A DNA stretch of 64,000 bases from Hypanus sabinus (Eukaryota), in contig NC_082721.1 of the NCBI RefSeq assembly GCF_030144855.1, forward strand, positions 44,144,001 to 44,208,000, read 5' to 3'. Below the pieces are notes generated by a model. The model made no database searches. It was given only the letters and a program-made list of their open reading frames with translations, and was not told the origin of the DNA. A program made the position numbers and the translations under genes. Positions 36,701-51,479 of the stretch are shown one piece after another; the stretch's first letter is position 1, and every line of letters begins with the position of its first letter.

Positions 36701-37699
36701 CCATATTACATTGAACTGAAGTCCCACTCTACATCTCACCTTAATTTTCTGTTCCTTTGATTTCAATGGAATGGAAGCCAAGCTTTGGAAAAGTAAGTGA
36801 GTGGGAGGGGGCTAAATTCACTGTCACCCAGTTATCCATCAGACTTGTTTAACATTTCCTTCTCTCGGTATTCAATGAAAGTTCTGTCGGGTGAGGGGAC
36901 TCAGAAAACCAAACACGACACAATTTGTGAGACAATTTGTTTCATGGCTGCGACAACACAAGAATACATGAGATAATGTCCCTTTGAGCAGTCAAGTGTC
37001 TGACAGATATTTAAAGTAAAATCAGGTAGAACAGAAACTATGATATTTGGGTAGTGTGGTATAAAAAGCAGGTGTAATCTTCTTGACTCAACGCTGGGCC
37101 ATCCCTTTCCTTAAAATAACACTTCATTTCCTCCTGGGGCAGCAGATGTTTGTTATTTTCTCACCCAGATGGCTGCAGATCTGAGCTCCACCAAAGCTAC
37201 TTTTTTTAAATGATGGGGCAATTTTTATCGTTGAAATTAGATTATAATAATGGTTTCCACCATGTTAACATGGCTTATAATGGTCAATTTGTTTGCAATG
37301 TATTAGATAACTCTCCCCTTCCATTCATAACTTAGTCCTAGCTAATTTATAATACAGTAAACTGATTGGTGCAGGACCAATTCACCGCATTATTTCCTCA
37401 ACCAATCATCTTTCTGCATTAAAAGGAATTCAGTTGCCTTTCAATGTCCATGTTTTATATGAGGTATCAAATAATATCATAATAAATCATTTCAATTAAT
37501 AGAAAATAAAGGTCTCAATTTTCTATTGTTCATTGATAGCAAGTTGGTATGTGATAGTCAGATGACATTAGTACATCAGTATTAATTGTAATATCCATTT
37601 CTCTCTAGTATCATCATCATCATTAGGTGCTGTGTCGTATGATGTAGGTGATCATGGTCTTCCATCTGTCTTTAAACTGATAAGTTCTAATGATCACTG

Positions 37700-38770
37700 C
37701 CAGAAGCACTCACATCTACCTGATGAAATGCTTTGAGAGATTGGTCATCGCCAGAAAGAACTCCTGCTTCGGCAAGAGCCTGGACCCATTACAATTTGAC
37801 GTATCACCACAATAGGTCTGCGGCTGGTGCAAACTCAATGACTCTGCATGCAGCCTCAGATCACCTGGACAACATAAACACCTATGTCAGGATTCTGCTC
37901 ATTTACTATAGCTCACTGTTTAACACCATCATTCCAACTGTCCTCATTGAAAAGCTACAGAACCTGCGACTGCATACCTCTCTCTGCAATTAGATCCTTG
38001 ACTTTCTAACTGGAAAAACACAATCTGTGCAGATTGGTAATAACATCTCTTCCTCATTGACAATCAGCTCTAGTACACCTCTAGAATATTTGCTTAGCCT
38101 ACTATCCTACTCTGTCTCGACTCACAGACTGTGTGGCCAGGTATAGCTCAACTGCCATCTGTAAATTTGCTGATGAAACAACCATTGTTAGCAGAGTCTC
38201 AGATGGAGATGAGAAGGAGTACAAAAACAAGATAGACCAGATAGAAGAGTGATGTCGCAGCAACCACGTTGCACTCAATGCTTGTAAGATGATAGAGCTG
38301 ATTGTAGACTTCGAGAAGGTTAAGATAAGGGAACACAAACAAATCCTGAAGTGGAGAGAATAAGCAATTTCAAGTTCCTGGGTATCAAGATCTCTCAGTA
38401 TCTAACCTGGTCCCAACATATTGATTCAGATATAATGCTAGACAGTGGTAATTTTTTATTAGGAGCTTGCGGAGATTTGGATTGTTACCTAAAACACTTG
38501 AAAACTTCAACAGCTGTACTGTGGAGAGCATTCAGAGGCTGCATCCCTGTCTGGTATGGGGATGGGAGCGTTCTACTGTACAGGATCGAAAGAAGCTACA
38601 GTAAGTTGTGTAATTGGTCAGCTCCATCATGCGGTCTAGCCTTCATAGTATAGCAAACACCTTCAAGGAGCGATGCCTCTGAAAGGTGGCGTCATTGTTA
38701 AGGACCCACAGCACCCAGTACACACCGTCTTTTCATTCTTACCATCAGAAAGGAGGTACAGAAGCCTGAA
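37700..38770 (+). mobile_element. Rex1/Babar-type RT fragment
   Basis: YHHNRS.A, DHLDNINTYVRILLIYYSSLFNTIIP, KFADETTIV and KFLGIKISQYLTWSQH. Confidence 0.85.
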
Positions 38771-38786
38771 GGCCCGCGCATAAGTG

Positions 38787-38839
38787 CACACGCGCATGCG
38801 CACACAGACACAGACACACACACATATACACGCACACGC

Positions 38840-38882
<43 letters not shown>
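38787..38882. repeat. Compound (CA)n microsatellite
   Basis: Directly visible CA/CG run. Confidence 0.95.
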
Positions 38883-38883
<1 letters not shown>

Positions 38884-39354
38884 TCTTAAACAGCTTCTTT
38901 CCCACTGAATTCGAAAATTCAAAAAGGATTCTATTGCAAGGAGAATGTCTCAGTTTCCTTCTCTGGGAAACAGCTGCCAATAAAGGGATTTTTCTTGAGC
39001 TACACAAAATTCTGGAGAAATTCAGCAAGTTATTCTATTTGGATGGGGAGGAATAAATGGTCCAAGTTTGCCATTTATTAGGATTGGAAAGGAAGTTAGT
39101 AGAGGCCAAAATAAGGAAATGGTGGGTGGGATGAAATATGAACTGGCAGGTGATATATGAAACCAGGTGAAGCAAATGGTGGGCGAGTTGGGGAGGGAAA
39201 TTAAGTACGAATATGGGACATGATAGGTGGAATGGCTAAAGGAGGAGGAACCTAATCGAAGAGAAGAGTCTATGAAAATATCCACTGGATGTCCCCATAT
39301 GTTTCTGCTCTGTCTAGTCACTAAGATTAAATGGCAGCTCCTATCTCCAATGAA

Positions 39355-39590
39355 CAACTACACACCCAAAATGCTGGTGGAACACAGCAGGCCAGGCAGC
39401 ACCTATAGGGAGAAGCGCTGTCGACGTTTTAGGCCAAGACACTTCATCAGGATGAAGCGTTTTCCGAGTTTCTCGGCCCGAAACTTCAACAGCGCTTCTC
39501 CCTATAGATGCTGCCTGGCCTGCTGTATTCCACCAGCATTTTGTGTGTGTTGTTGTTTAAATTTCCAGCATCTGCAGATTTCCTGGTGTT
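39355..39590. mobile_element. Hairpin element made of two inverted Penelope terminal repeats
   Basis: CAAAATGCTGGTGGAACACAGCAGGCCAGGCAGCACCTATAGGGAGAAGCGCTGT is nearly perfectly mirrored at about 39490-39545. Confidence 0.8.
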
Positions 39591-39699
39591 TGTCCAATGA
39601 ACAACACCTGCTTTTACATGCAGTCAGATCCAATTGCCTTACCCTCTGAATGTTGTGTATGAATAGAATATTTTGAACCTCAGGATAATGACAAGTAAG

Positions 39700-40435
39700 A
39701 CAAATCCTTCAAGGTGAAGCAACACTTAACCTACAAATTTGCCAGTGTCACCTGCTGTACAAGGACTGAAACAGTCCTTTCATTTGAGGCAATGCTTCAC
39801 CTATGTGTCTGTCAGAGTCATCTACTGACAGCCCCCTTATGCTTCATTCATTACAAAAAGTGGGATTTCCTGCTGGCTAACCATTTCATTTCAGCTTCCT
39901 ATTCACATTCCAACATGTTAGTCTGTTGCCTCTATTATTGCCACAAAGAGGCCACACACACATTGGAGAAGGAATACCTCATATTCAGACTGGGTAGACT
40001 CTGTCCTGATGCCAGAGAAACATCAATTTCTCTATCTTCCAGTAATTTTGCACCTCTCCTCATCCCCTCTTTTTCCATTCCCCATTCTAGCTCCTCGCCC
40101 ACCCTCTCCATTTTCTAACTTGCTCATCTGCTCCCTCTGGTATCCCTTTGTTCTTTCCTTCCTTCCACAGTCCACTGTTTTCTCCTATCAGGTTCCTTCC
40201 CCATCAGCTTTACCGTCTTACTTCACTCCACAACCGCTGCAACTCTCTCACCTTTCATTTTACCTGGCTTCATCTATCACCTGCATTCCCCACCCCTACT
40301 TTTTTAATTGTGGCCACTGCTAACTTCTTTTGCAATCCTGATGTAAGCCTTGGCCCAAAACATGGACCATTTGTTCCCCTGCACAGATACTGACTGACTT
40401 GCTAAGTTCCTCCAGCATTATGTGTATGTTGCTCA
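39700..40435 (+). mobile_element. Penelope-like 3' fragment
   Basis: VKQHLTY, FLLANHF, TLEKEYLIFRLGRL.PD, a pyrimidine-rich 3' tract and a decayed terminal repeat. Confidence 0.75.
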
Positions 40436-40544
40436 AGATAAATCTGTTTACTGGCAAGGCCCCCAGAGAAAGGAACTGAGACATTCTCCTTTCAGCAGAA
40501 TCCTCACTAAAAACACCTTGTTATGGAGTCTTGATTGAAAATAT

Positions 40545-42730
40545 AAGGGAAGAAGTCAGTTGTTGTTAAGGAAGCAGGGAGTCTGCAGAAGAACGTAAAC
40601 AGATTAGGAGAATTGGCAAAGAAGTGGCAGATGGAATAAAGAGGAGGGAAGTGTATAGTCATGCAATTTGGTAGAAGGAATAAAAGCATAGAATATTTTG
40701 TAAACAGGGAAACTAGTAAAAAAACCAGAGGCCCTTGTGCAGGATTCCATAAATATTAACTTGCAGGTTGAGTCGGTGATAAGGAAGGTAAATGCAATGT
40801 TAGCATTCATTTTGACAGGACTGGAATATAAAAACAAGAATGTAATACTGAGGCTTCATAAGGCATTGGTGAGACTACATCTGGAGTATTGTGAGCACCT
40901 TCACAATTGTAGGACCCATGCATCAATTTATTGTCTGTCTGTAGTGTATTTGTGTTGTGCATCCTCACTCTGGGTTAAGGTACTTTGTCACATGGGTTTG
41001 GGTAACAGTAGAAATAAATGAACAGAGGAACCTCTTCACCTGCATGGCAGCAGAGCAAGGGGATGAGTAGGGAGCACATATTTTTTGTTGGCCACTTGAC
41101 TTTGAAGTTGATCCAGTTATGTTTGTGTCAGTCATCTTTGATCACATGAATTAAGGAAGAGTCGAATGATTTTATTATTGGTTAGTAATAAAGGATTAAG
41201 CATACTTTTTTGACTTGCAATTCAGTTAGTTGGAAGCTCATCCTACAGTATGATAATCTTCTCAAGTAATTTTAGTTTGTTTTCAAGTAGTTGCTGCAAT
41301 TAGAGTGATTCCAGGAAAGAACAGTTTAACTTTTGAGGGGTGTATGATGGCTCTGAGGCTGTACTTGCTGGAGTTTTGAACAATGAGTAGTTGTAGCATT
41401 GAAATCTATTGAATATTCAAAGGAATAGAAAGAGTGGATGTGGAGTCGATGTTTCCTATACTGCTGGAGTAGGACCAGAAGGTATAGGCACAGATTAGAC
41501 TGACATTCTAATAATAATTTTACCCTTCCTTCCACAATGCTGTTATTTTTCTATCATTCATTTGCCTATCCAAGGGTTTCTTAAATATCCCTAATGTATG
41601 TATCTACCTCTACCACCACTCTAAGCAGCTATTACTCTCTGTGTAAAAATCATATCTGTGATATCCCTCCTGCACCTTTCTCCAGTAACATTAAAATGAT
41701 AGGCCCTTCACTTTAGTCATTTAAAATCTAGGAAAGGTATCTGGTTAGCTACTCGATCTTTGCCTCATCATCTTGTACATCTCCTTAACTCCAAAGAGAA
41801 AAGCACTAGCTTGTTGCATCTATCTCATAAGAAATGCTCTCTCGTCCAGGCTGCATCCTGATAAGCCTCCTGTGCACCTTCTCAAAAGCTTCCATGTCCC
41901 TCCCATAATGACGTGAGCAGAACTTAACATAATATTCCAGTTGTGGTTTGGCCAAGGTATTTTAGAGCTGCAGCATTACCTCAGAGCTCTTGAACTCAGT
42001 CTCCTGATTAATGATGGGCAACACACCACATGCCTTTTTAACAATCCTATCGACTCAAAGCAACATTCAGTGATCTATGGACATGGATCCCAAGATCCCT
42101 TTATTCTTCTACACTGTTAAGAACCTACTATTAATCCTGTATTCTGCCTTCAAATTCGACCTTCATAATCACCTCACATTTTCTGGGTTGAATATCTGTC
42201 ACTTCTCCACCCAGCTCTGCATCCTGTCAGTGCCCCATTGCAAACTGTGACAAAGTCCCTAACTATCCACAACTTCACTCACGGTTTTGTAATCTGCAAA
42301 TCTTCTAGCCCACCCTTTCACTTCCTCATCCAAGTCATTTATAACAATCACAAGCAGCAAGGATTCCAGAACAGATTCCTATGGAACACTATGATCACCT
42401 ACATTCAGGCAGGAAACTCTGTATCTATTACCACCCTCCGCCCTCCAAGGGTAAGCCAATTCTATATACACACAGTCAGGTCTCATTGGATCCCATGCCT
42501 CCTAACTTTCTGAATGAGCCCATTATGGAGCATCCATAAACTCCATATAAACTCCATATATTTTCCACTAAAATCCATATATGCCACATCCATTGCTCTA
42601 TCTTCATTAAAGTACTTTGTCACATCCTCAAAGAATTCAGACAAGCTCATGAGACCTGGCTTGACCCTCACAAAGCCAGGCAGACTATCCATAATGTAAT
42701 TAGACTCTGCTTCTCCAAGAACAGTGTTTG
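40545..42730. mobile_element. CR1 fragments (plus 40545-40900 and 41340-41480, minus 41530-42730)
   Basis: QDSININLQVESVIRKVNA and LHKALVRLHLEYC on plus. RAMDVAYMDFS..IQKVRRHGIQ on minus. Confidence 0.75.
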
Positions 42731-42759
42731 ATAAGGTGCTCATTGACATGGAGAAGATA

Positions 42760-43030
42760 CCATCAGTGGTGGACATAGCCAAAATTGTCCTCAGCAGGTC
42801 TTCAGGATCCACAGATTCCCGGTGGACATTTTCTTGGGTTGTGGTCCACAATTGCATCCCATTTCTGGAGGGCATACTGTAAGCTGCTAGGAACAACAGC
42901 AAGTCTTTTATCTGGGTTTTACTCAGAGCCCAATGGCCAGATGGAGCAGACAAACCAAGATTTAGAAGGCACTCTAAGTTGTCTGGCCTCAAAGACCTGA
43001 TGAGATTAGAATGTACCAAAGAGTACTACC
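42760..43030 (+). mobile_element. Isolated Ty3/Gypsy integrase core fragment
   Basis: QVFRIH.FPVDI...GPQ.ASHFWRAYCKLLGTTASLLSGF..EPNGQMEQTNQDLE. Confidence 0.75.
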
Positions 43031-44597
43031 ATGGGCAGGTTCACTTCCAAATTACACAACAACCTGACAGGAAATAAACTTATGGATCTTAATTAAATCT
43101 AATTCCTGGATCTCCCCATTCACTAGTACTGTGGGAATAGCTTCTCAGAGAAATTGCGGAGTTTCAAGACGGCAGGTCATCACCACCTTCTCAAGAGCAG
43201 TTGATTCATTAAAGGCTTGACAGAGCCTTTAATATCCAATGAAGATACAATGCACTCTGGTATTTTGCACAGACTGAGAATCTGAGAAGGTTTCAAGGTG
43301 ATCTGTTAGCAGACTTTTTCAAAAAGCAACTCAGCTTCCTACATTGCACCTCCGTCCAGAAGAGTGGATATCCAGTCGATCCTACAATAAACAGAAGGTC
43401 ATTGCTGAAGCAGTTGAACATGGTTGGGTCGAATGCATGCATGAGGAACTGCTGCAGTGACATCCAGGGAATGGGATGGTTGACCACAGAATCCTCCTTT
43501 ATGTGATATATGAATAAAGTCATTGATGTGGTTTTGTTTATGACACCATGTTACCAGAACTCCTTGATGTCACAACTTGTCAAATGTTGCCATGATATTG
43601 TTGGATTAGAATACAGAGTGTTATTGTTGAGTTTTTGTGTATTTTTAGCTTTCTTTATCTTGCTGTCTATTTGTGTAACTACATGATTTTGGTAAGCTTT
43701 TGGTAATCAATAGTATATATCTTCCTTTGCTTCTGTAGTTTGTTTGTCTGCAGAGTTGGTCTGATTCAGTCAGTATCTGTTCACTGGTTTCTGATCGAAA
43801 CTTGTTCAGATCAGTTTGCAGTGTAAAAGGAAAGCATGTGCTCAAGTCGCTTAGTTACATTTTAATTTGCTTTGCTTGCTGGTAGAGGCTGCCCTCTAGT
43901 TTTACCAGTACTACAGTCACTCTCACCTAAACACTGGAATTCAGCTCTTTGGCCTATAATTGAATAAAGGCATTTATAGATCATAGAGTTATAGAATTGT
44001 ATAGAATAGACAAAAGCCCTTCAGCTCAATATCGCCATACTGAAATTTGTGCTTAGCTATAACAAACCCACATAGCTGCATTTAGCCTGCAATTTCCTAA
44101 CCATTCAAGAGTTTGCCACAAAGCTTCTTAGATGTGTTAGAGTACCCACATTCCCCACCTTGTGAGGCAACTGCTCCAAACATTCCCTGAGAGAAAAGCA
44201 TCACCTTAGATTCCTTCTAAATGTCCTTTCTGTCTAGATTTGGATTGTAATTCCACTGGAAAATTATCATTAATATCCTTTCTGTCTTCCTTATAATCTT
44301 CCATATGTCTTTCAGCTCACATCTACCAAATTTCTGTCATAAAAATATTCTTTGTTACCTCTTAAAAAGTCATTCAAATAATGAGACAGGATTTCCCAAA
44401 CAGTAGTGATTCTGACTATACCTGACCAGTCCCCATCTTTCATAAAAATGCTCTGACCTTTGAATTTTTTCACATAATTTCTCTTCCAATGATTTAAAAC
44501 TCTCTGGCCTGCATATCCCTCCCATGCTTCTTGAATAATAAAATCATCTGTGCTATCCAACAGTCATCTGGTACCTTACCTGACAATCGCCAATAGG

Positions 44598-45410
44598 TAC
44601 AGGAGTAGGCCATTCAGCCCCTCGAGTCAGCACCACCATTCAATGTGATCATGGCTGATCATCCACAATCAGTACCCCGTTCCTGCCTTCTCCCCATATC
44701 CCTTGACTCCGCTATCTTTAAGAGCTCTATCTAATCCTTTCTTGAAAGTATCCAGAGAATTGGCCTCCACTGCATTCTGAGGCAGAGCATTCCATAGATC
44801 CACAACTCTCTGGGTGAAAAAGTTTCTCCTCAACTCCGTTATAATGGCCTACCCCTTATTCTTAAACTGTGGCCTCTGGTTCTGGACTCCCCCAACATTG
44901 GGAACATGTTTCCTGCCTCTAGCATGTCCAATTACTTAATAATCTTATATCTTTCAATCAGATCCCCTCTCATCCTTCTAAATTCCAGTATATACAAGCC
45001 CAGTCGCTCCAATCTTTCAACATATGACAGTCCTGCCATCCCAGGAATTAACCTTGTGAACCTACGCTGCACTCCCTCAATAGCAAGAATGTCCTTCCTC
45101 AAATTTGTAGACAAAAACTCAACAGTATACTCCAGGTGTGGTCTCACCAGGGCCCTGTACAACTGCAGAAGTACCTCTTTGCTCCTATACTCAACTCCCC
45201 TTGTTATGAACGCCAACATTCCATTGGCTTTGTTCACTGCCTGCTGTACCTGCATACTTACTTTCAGTGACTGATGAACAAGGATACCTAGATCTTGTTG
45301 GACTTCCCCTTTTCCTAACTTGACACCATTCAGATAGTAATCTGCCTTCCAGTTCTTGCCACCAAAGTGGATAACCTCATATTTTTCCACATTAAACTGC
45401 ATCTGCCATG
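44598..45410 (-). mobile_element. Young 5'-truncated CR1
   Basis: Intact ORF 44932-45402 (MQFNVEKYEVIHFGG..LYRALVRPHLEY..RMRGDLIE). Confidence 0.9.
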
Positions 45411-48400
45411 CTAACTAAATTCAAAAATATCCATCAAAGACATAGAAATGTCTTGTGCCCCTCATAGCAGCCTGCAATACATCCCATTAGGCTTGGATAT
45501 TTACACACCTACTTCTTGCTCCAAAACCTCTAATACTTTCTCCTTCTAACTACTCAGATGCTCGGTAATATCACCTTCCCATTCCCTGAATTCTCCATCT
45601 GTCATGTATTTCTCCTCACAGAATACAGATGAGACATATCCATTTAAGACCTAACCCACATCTCCTGGCTCTGTGCAAAGATTCCCGTTTCCCTTACTAA
45701 AGGAGCAGTGTTCTCCCTAGTTACCCCTTTCACACGTAGCATACTTGTAAAATCCCTTGGCAGTCTCCTTCACCTTGTCGCAATCATGTTTATTGGCCTT
45801 TCTTTGCTCTCTTGGTATCTTCTACACTCTATCAGAATTAACAACAGTTTTCCCATTACAATTTTATAGAAATTGAAATCTCTTGCATTGCAGAAGCAGC
45901 ACAGTGAAAACATATAAAATTACTAGAAATTACAGGCGTAATTAATCCTGGATTCATGGACCATTTTGAAAACTGATGATGGTGTGAAGAAGTGGTTCTA
46001 GAATCACTGAGTATTCACACTGTACTTGTCCTGTGACATTACGAAAAAGAAGAGGGAATGTCCCAGACGGTGAAGAAGCTTAGCGAATGATGCCAAATTC
46101 TTTATGCACTGCTCCTTGAAAATGTCCTTATGGTGGGAGGGTTGTGCTCATGATGGTGTTGGTTGAGTCTACAGGGCTCTGCTGTGCAGCCTCTTTTAAT
46201 CCATCTGAGGATCTATAGCATATTGTGATACAACCAGTCAGAATGCTCTATTATTATGTCTATAGAAGTTTGCAGAAGTCTTTGGTGACATACCAAATCT
46301 CCTCAATCTCCTAATGAAGGAGAGACATTGCATGCCCTTTTTCATGACTTTATCAATGTTTTAGGTCCACAATGGATCCTTTGAGATGTTGACATCTAGG
46401 AATTTAAAGCTAGTCACCCTGCCACTGTTGATAACTCAATGAGTACTTTCTCTCAACTGCCTCTTTCTGAACTCCACAACTATTTCTTTGGTCTTGCTGA
46501 TATTGAGTATGAGGTTACTGTCATGACAACACCACTGAACTAGCAAATCTATCTCACTCCTTTATGATTCATTGTTGCCATCTGAGATATTACCACAACA
46601 GCTCAATTCCTCAAAAGACTCTCCCATATTGAGTTGTTGATACCAGCCATATGTTTCCTTCATTTTCTTCAACAAGTCTTAATATCCCATGTTAAAGATT
46701 TCCAAATATTGCCATTGTTTCCTTTCATCTTTATTAGAGCATTTTGTCCCTGAACTCCCACTGTCCCACTTTCAAAACAATGACATGTGTTGGAGGTTGT
46801 TCTACACACAAGCAACATTTCCCCAGAGTCAGTCATGTTCTTGGAATCACTTTCCCCAAATTATGGGCCTAAATTTACAGACCACTCTTTCCACTTTGCA
46901 AAGAAATTGTTATAAAATTCTGATTACTATAATCCTCTTGCTCATTCACCATTCTGTGATTGGATGGTATATCTGCTCTTCTATCTCACACTAACTTGTT
47001 TGAAAATCTAAAGCCAAATGTGGTTTAGAGATCAGATTATTGTTGTGTAAGTGCCACTTGAAACCATTGCCCATGATCACCTTCACCTTTCCTGAATAGT
47101 GAGAGGTGATTGGTTGGATTGTAACTAGCTGGATTGGACTTATCCTGCTTTTAGTGAATTTAAAAATGTGAACATTTCCCCATATTGTCAGTTAAACAAA
47201 AATCTTGTACTTGTCCTAGAACCCAGGATGCCTACCTCCACGCATGTTCACTCGCTACCTGCTGCAGACCTAGTGTGAGAGATTCAATATTAAATACACT
47301 GACAACTTGTAGTGGTGGGGCTCCAATGGACAAATGAAGTATACAACCAGGATACATTCTCCTGAAATTCTACTACTGCTATCCTCTCAGTTCACAGTGG
47401 CTTTGCTCCAACTGTAAATCTGGACATTAAATTCTGTAAACCCATGTGTGAGTTATTAATATACATGAAGTAAAAAAGTGGCCCTCGTACTGACCCGTGA
47501 CACGCTCACTAATACTTCCTTCCATTCTGATAAATAACTTGTTTTTGCTGCTCTCTTGTTTCTTTACTTCTGGATCCATCTTCAGGTCAGCCATACATTT
47601 CGGCACCAGCACCTATCTCAATCTGGCTTTCTCACATCTTGCACCTCACCTCCAACAACCTTCCCAAAGGAGTGGAAGATAATCCCCAGAGTGAACGTGA
47701 ATGCCATTAACACATGTCAGCACTCGAGAATCAAAGATACCGGATCTCAGTAGCCAATCTGCAGTACGCAGTTTACTGCAGCATTGATACACACGCAGAT
47801 GTTGGGCTGCAGGACATTGCTCACAGTTTTGTTGAGGAATACAACAGAATGAATCTTACATATAGCATCCACAAAGCAAAGTCTCTGCATCCTCCTGAAT
47901 TGATCAAGATGTGAACTCTGACCCCATCACAGGTGACACCACTTGTGGAAGGCAGATATTAAAGATATTTTATTTGAATGGGTAAGAGGATAGTTTAACA
48001 CCCAGACATTAATATGTCACATAACACACAGTTCACCAGCAGCAAAGATCCCTGCCCTCTAAGATGTATCTGAGCAGTCATCTCAAGACACCTAACAATA
48101 CCAACAGTATCTCCACAAAATCTAACAAGTTCCCTGCAAAGCAATGTCAAAATTGCCAGGAGAGATTATGATTAAAATAAATAAGCATATTCTTTTAAAC
48201 TATATGCGATGTGCAATGATAATGCTCACAGTATGGGCAGTCCTGTCAACAACATAGTTAGATGTCTCTCATCCCAGTATGGCAGTGTGCAGTGGGGCCA
48301 TGTTTATTTGCTTGAGTCTTCTCTCTCCCGAGTGACCTTCCCCAGCTTCCATAATCAATTTACAACAATTATTTAAATTAAATCTACCAAGCCTACCTAT

Positions 48401-49079
48401 AGAAAAATCAAATCCCATTTTGGCTTAAGCCAGTATTTAACATAAATTTATTATGTTAACCACATGAGTTTTTAAAATTTATGAATGGGAAAGAAAGATT
48501 AATTTCAAGAAAGGTAAGCTAAGCTGAACTACCTGTTTTTTTTTCAAGAAAGGTTGATTAAAAATTCATTCTCTACTCAAAAGAGTATTGACAATTATTT
48601 TTGGATTATTATATCTACAACTTACTGATCAAACTAATGTACCATGAACTGTAGAAATAATATTTTTTATGCAGGGGTTCCCTGAGACCTGAAAATTGTT
48701 TCAAGGGTTCCTCCAGGGATAAAAGGCTGAGAAAGGCTGCTCTACCTTCTTATCTTTCTTCCCCATTCCTGTTGAAGGGTCTTGGCCCAAAGCGACAACT
48801 GTTTACTCATTTCCATAGATGCTGCCTAGTCTACTGAATTCCTTCAGCAAATTATGTGTCTTGTGCGGACAAATTTGTTTAGCCAGAGGGTGATGAATTT
48901 GTGGAATTCATTGCCACAGACTGCTGTAGAGGACAAGTTATTGGGTATATTTAAAGCAGAGTTTGATATGTTCTCGATGTGTCAAGGACTGAAATGTTAT
49001 GGGGAGAAGGTAGGACTATGGCTTAATTCTGACTTTATGGTCCTAATTCGGCCCACAATGTTGTGCTAACCTTTTAAAT

Positions 49080-50330
49080 TACCCTAATAATAATCTATCT
49101 TCCCTTCAACAAAGCTGTTATCTTTGATCATGTTCCTATCTAAAGTTTACTGAACTGCCCCTGATGTAATTATCTACCTCTATCACCAACACTGGCAAGG
49201 CATTCCAAACACCCATCACTCTGTGTAAAAACACTCCTCAGATGTCCCGCCTGTATTTCCCTTCCATCATCTTAAAATAATGCCCCCACCCCCACATTAG
49301 TCATTTAAATCCTAGGAAAAAGTCGCCAGCTATCCACTCCATCTATGCCTCGTCATCTTGTACACCTCTATCAATATTACCTCTTGTCCTCCTTGCTCCA
49401 GAGTGAAAAGCCCTAGATTTTACAACCTGTCTCATACAACATGCTCTCTAGTCCAGACTGCATCCTGGTAAATCTCTCATGCACCCTCTCTAAAGCTCCT
49501 ACATTCTTCCTATAGTGAGGTGACCATAACTTTACACAATATTCCAATTGTGGTCTGACTACAAGGTTTTATAGAGCTGTAATTTCATCTTGCAACTCTT
49601 GAACTCATTCTCCTGATTAACAAAGGCCAAAATACCATACACTTTCTAACAAGCCTATCAACTTGTAAGACAACTTTGAGGTATCTATGGACATGGATCC
49701 CAATATCCCTATATTCCTCCATGCAGCTAATCCTGCCATTATCCCTGTACTCTGCCTTCAAATTTGACCTTCCAAAGTGAATCACTTCACATTTTCTGGG
49801 TTGAGCTGCATCTGTCATTTCTCTAGTCAGCTCAGCTCTGCATCCTGTCAGTGTTCCATTACCAACTAATAAACCCCCAACCTATCCACAACTTCAAGAA
49901 CTTCTTTTGTTATCTGCAAACCTTCGCGCTCATGCTTTCACTTCTTCATCCAAGTTATTTATAACAACCACAAGCAGCAAAGATCCCAGAACAGAGTCCT
50001 GTGGTCACCTACATTGAAGCAGACAATTCTCCATTTGTAACCACCTTCTGCCTTCCATGGGCAAGTCAACATAATGTACAGACAACTGAGTTTCCTTGGA
50101 TCCTTTGTCCCTTGTCTTTCTGAAAGAGCTTACCATGGGGAACCTTATCAAATACTTTACTGAACTCCATATATATTTTAACTTAAATCCATATACCTGT
50201 ACACTACATCAACTATTCTATCTTCATCATTGTGCTTTGTCACATCCTCAAAGTATTTAGCCAAGTTCATGAGACATTTGACAATTAAAAACCCATGCAG
50301 GTTATCCAGAATCAGACTATGCTTCTCAAA
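49080..50330 (-). mobile_element. Decayed CR1 RT and 3' region
   Basis: KCEVIHFGRSNLKAEY and DIGIHVHRYLKV remnants. Confidence 0.75.
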
Positions 50331-51479
50331 ATGCATCTTAAATGTTCATACATCCTGACTCTGAGAATCTTCTCCAATAATTTGCCCAAAAAAAGATGTA
50401 AAACTCACCAGTGACTTATATAGGCTAATGTTATTTTTCTAATTCCACCAGTCCAGGCAGCATCGTGGTAAACGTCTTCTGTACCCTCTCCATCAACTCC
50501 AATTTCTTTCTGTAATGGTGCGACCAGAACTGCACAGAATACTCCAAGTGCAGTCTGACTAAACCTTTTATAAACAAATTATGACTTTCTTTCTCTTATA
50601 CTCAATACTACTACAAATGAAAACATGCATGCCCTATGTCTTCAAAGGTTCAAAAGTTCAATTTAATGTCAGAGAAATGTATACAATATACATCCTGAAA
50701 TGCTTTATCTTCGCAAAATACCCACGAAAACAGAGAAGTGCCCCAAGAATGAACGACAGTTAAACGTGAGAACTCCAAAGTTCCCCCACCCCAGCTCGCC
50801 CCTCCCGCGCGTAAGCGGCGCCAAGTAACAACTGCCCCGTCCCCTCCACACACCCCCACCGGCAAAACAAAAAGCACGCCCGCTACCAAGCACCAGAAAA
50901 CGCAGACCTTGCAGTTAGGGTTATCCCAAAGACTATCGCAATTCATCCGGCATTTAGCAATCCACAGGTTCTCTCTCTCTCTCTCTCTCTCTCTCCCCCT
51001 GGGAAGGCAGAGGGAGGTGTCTCCTATTTTCACAGCGAGCGGGAGACATAACAAGAACCCGCTGGTTTATGATGTTAAAAAGTCCGTTTCATCGCTTCTT
51101 ACGAGCTCTGTACCCGAAGATCGCAAACATCTTGGGTCTTCAGTCCTAAAGAGAATTATCTTCCAGCCGCCCCGACGACACGAGTCTCCTGCCGTGAAAC
51201 TTCTGTTTATTTGTAGCTCTGTGCATAGTTGCTGCTCAATTTCATCAGTTATTCCGTCAATACGACGAGCTACAGATTTATTCCTCAAAGGAGTTGATTT
51301 TCAAATGCTAGTATCCATTTTGAGAACAGTGTTGAGTATGTCTGATGCATCAGGCATTATTCCTCTTTCACCAATTGTATGAGAATTTCCACACGCGACC
51401 ACCTCCCCCTCCCCCAGAGTCCTGAGCGCCCCGCCCCGACAACTTAGGATATGTAACCGCCTCCGTTGGGATCCGCTGC

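Noticed and set aside
38698-39056. CV/HT-repeat ORFs
   Set aside because: They are translations of a (CA)n microsatellite.
50900-51390. 157-aa ORF or possible Penelope N-terminal remnant
   Set aside because: No recognisable motif in any frame. It is probably a decayed repeat, but the family could not be assigned.
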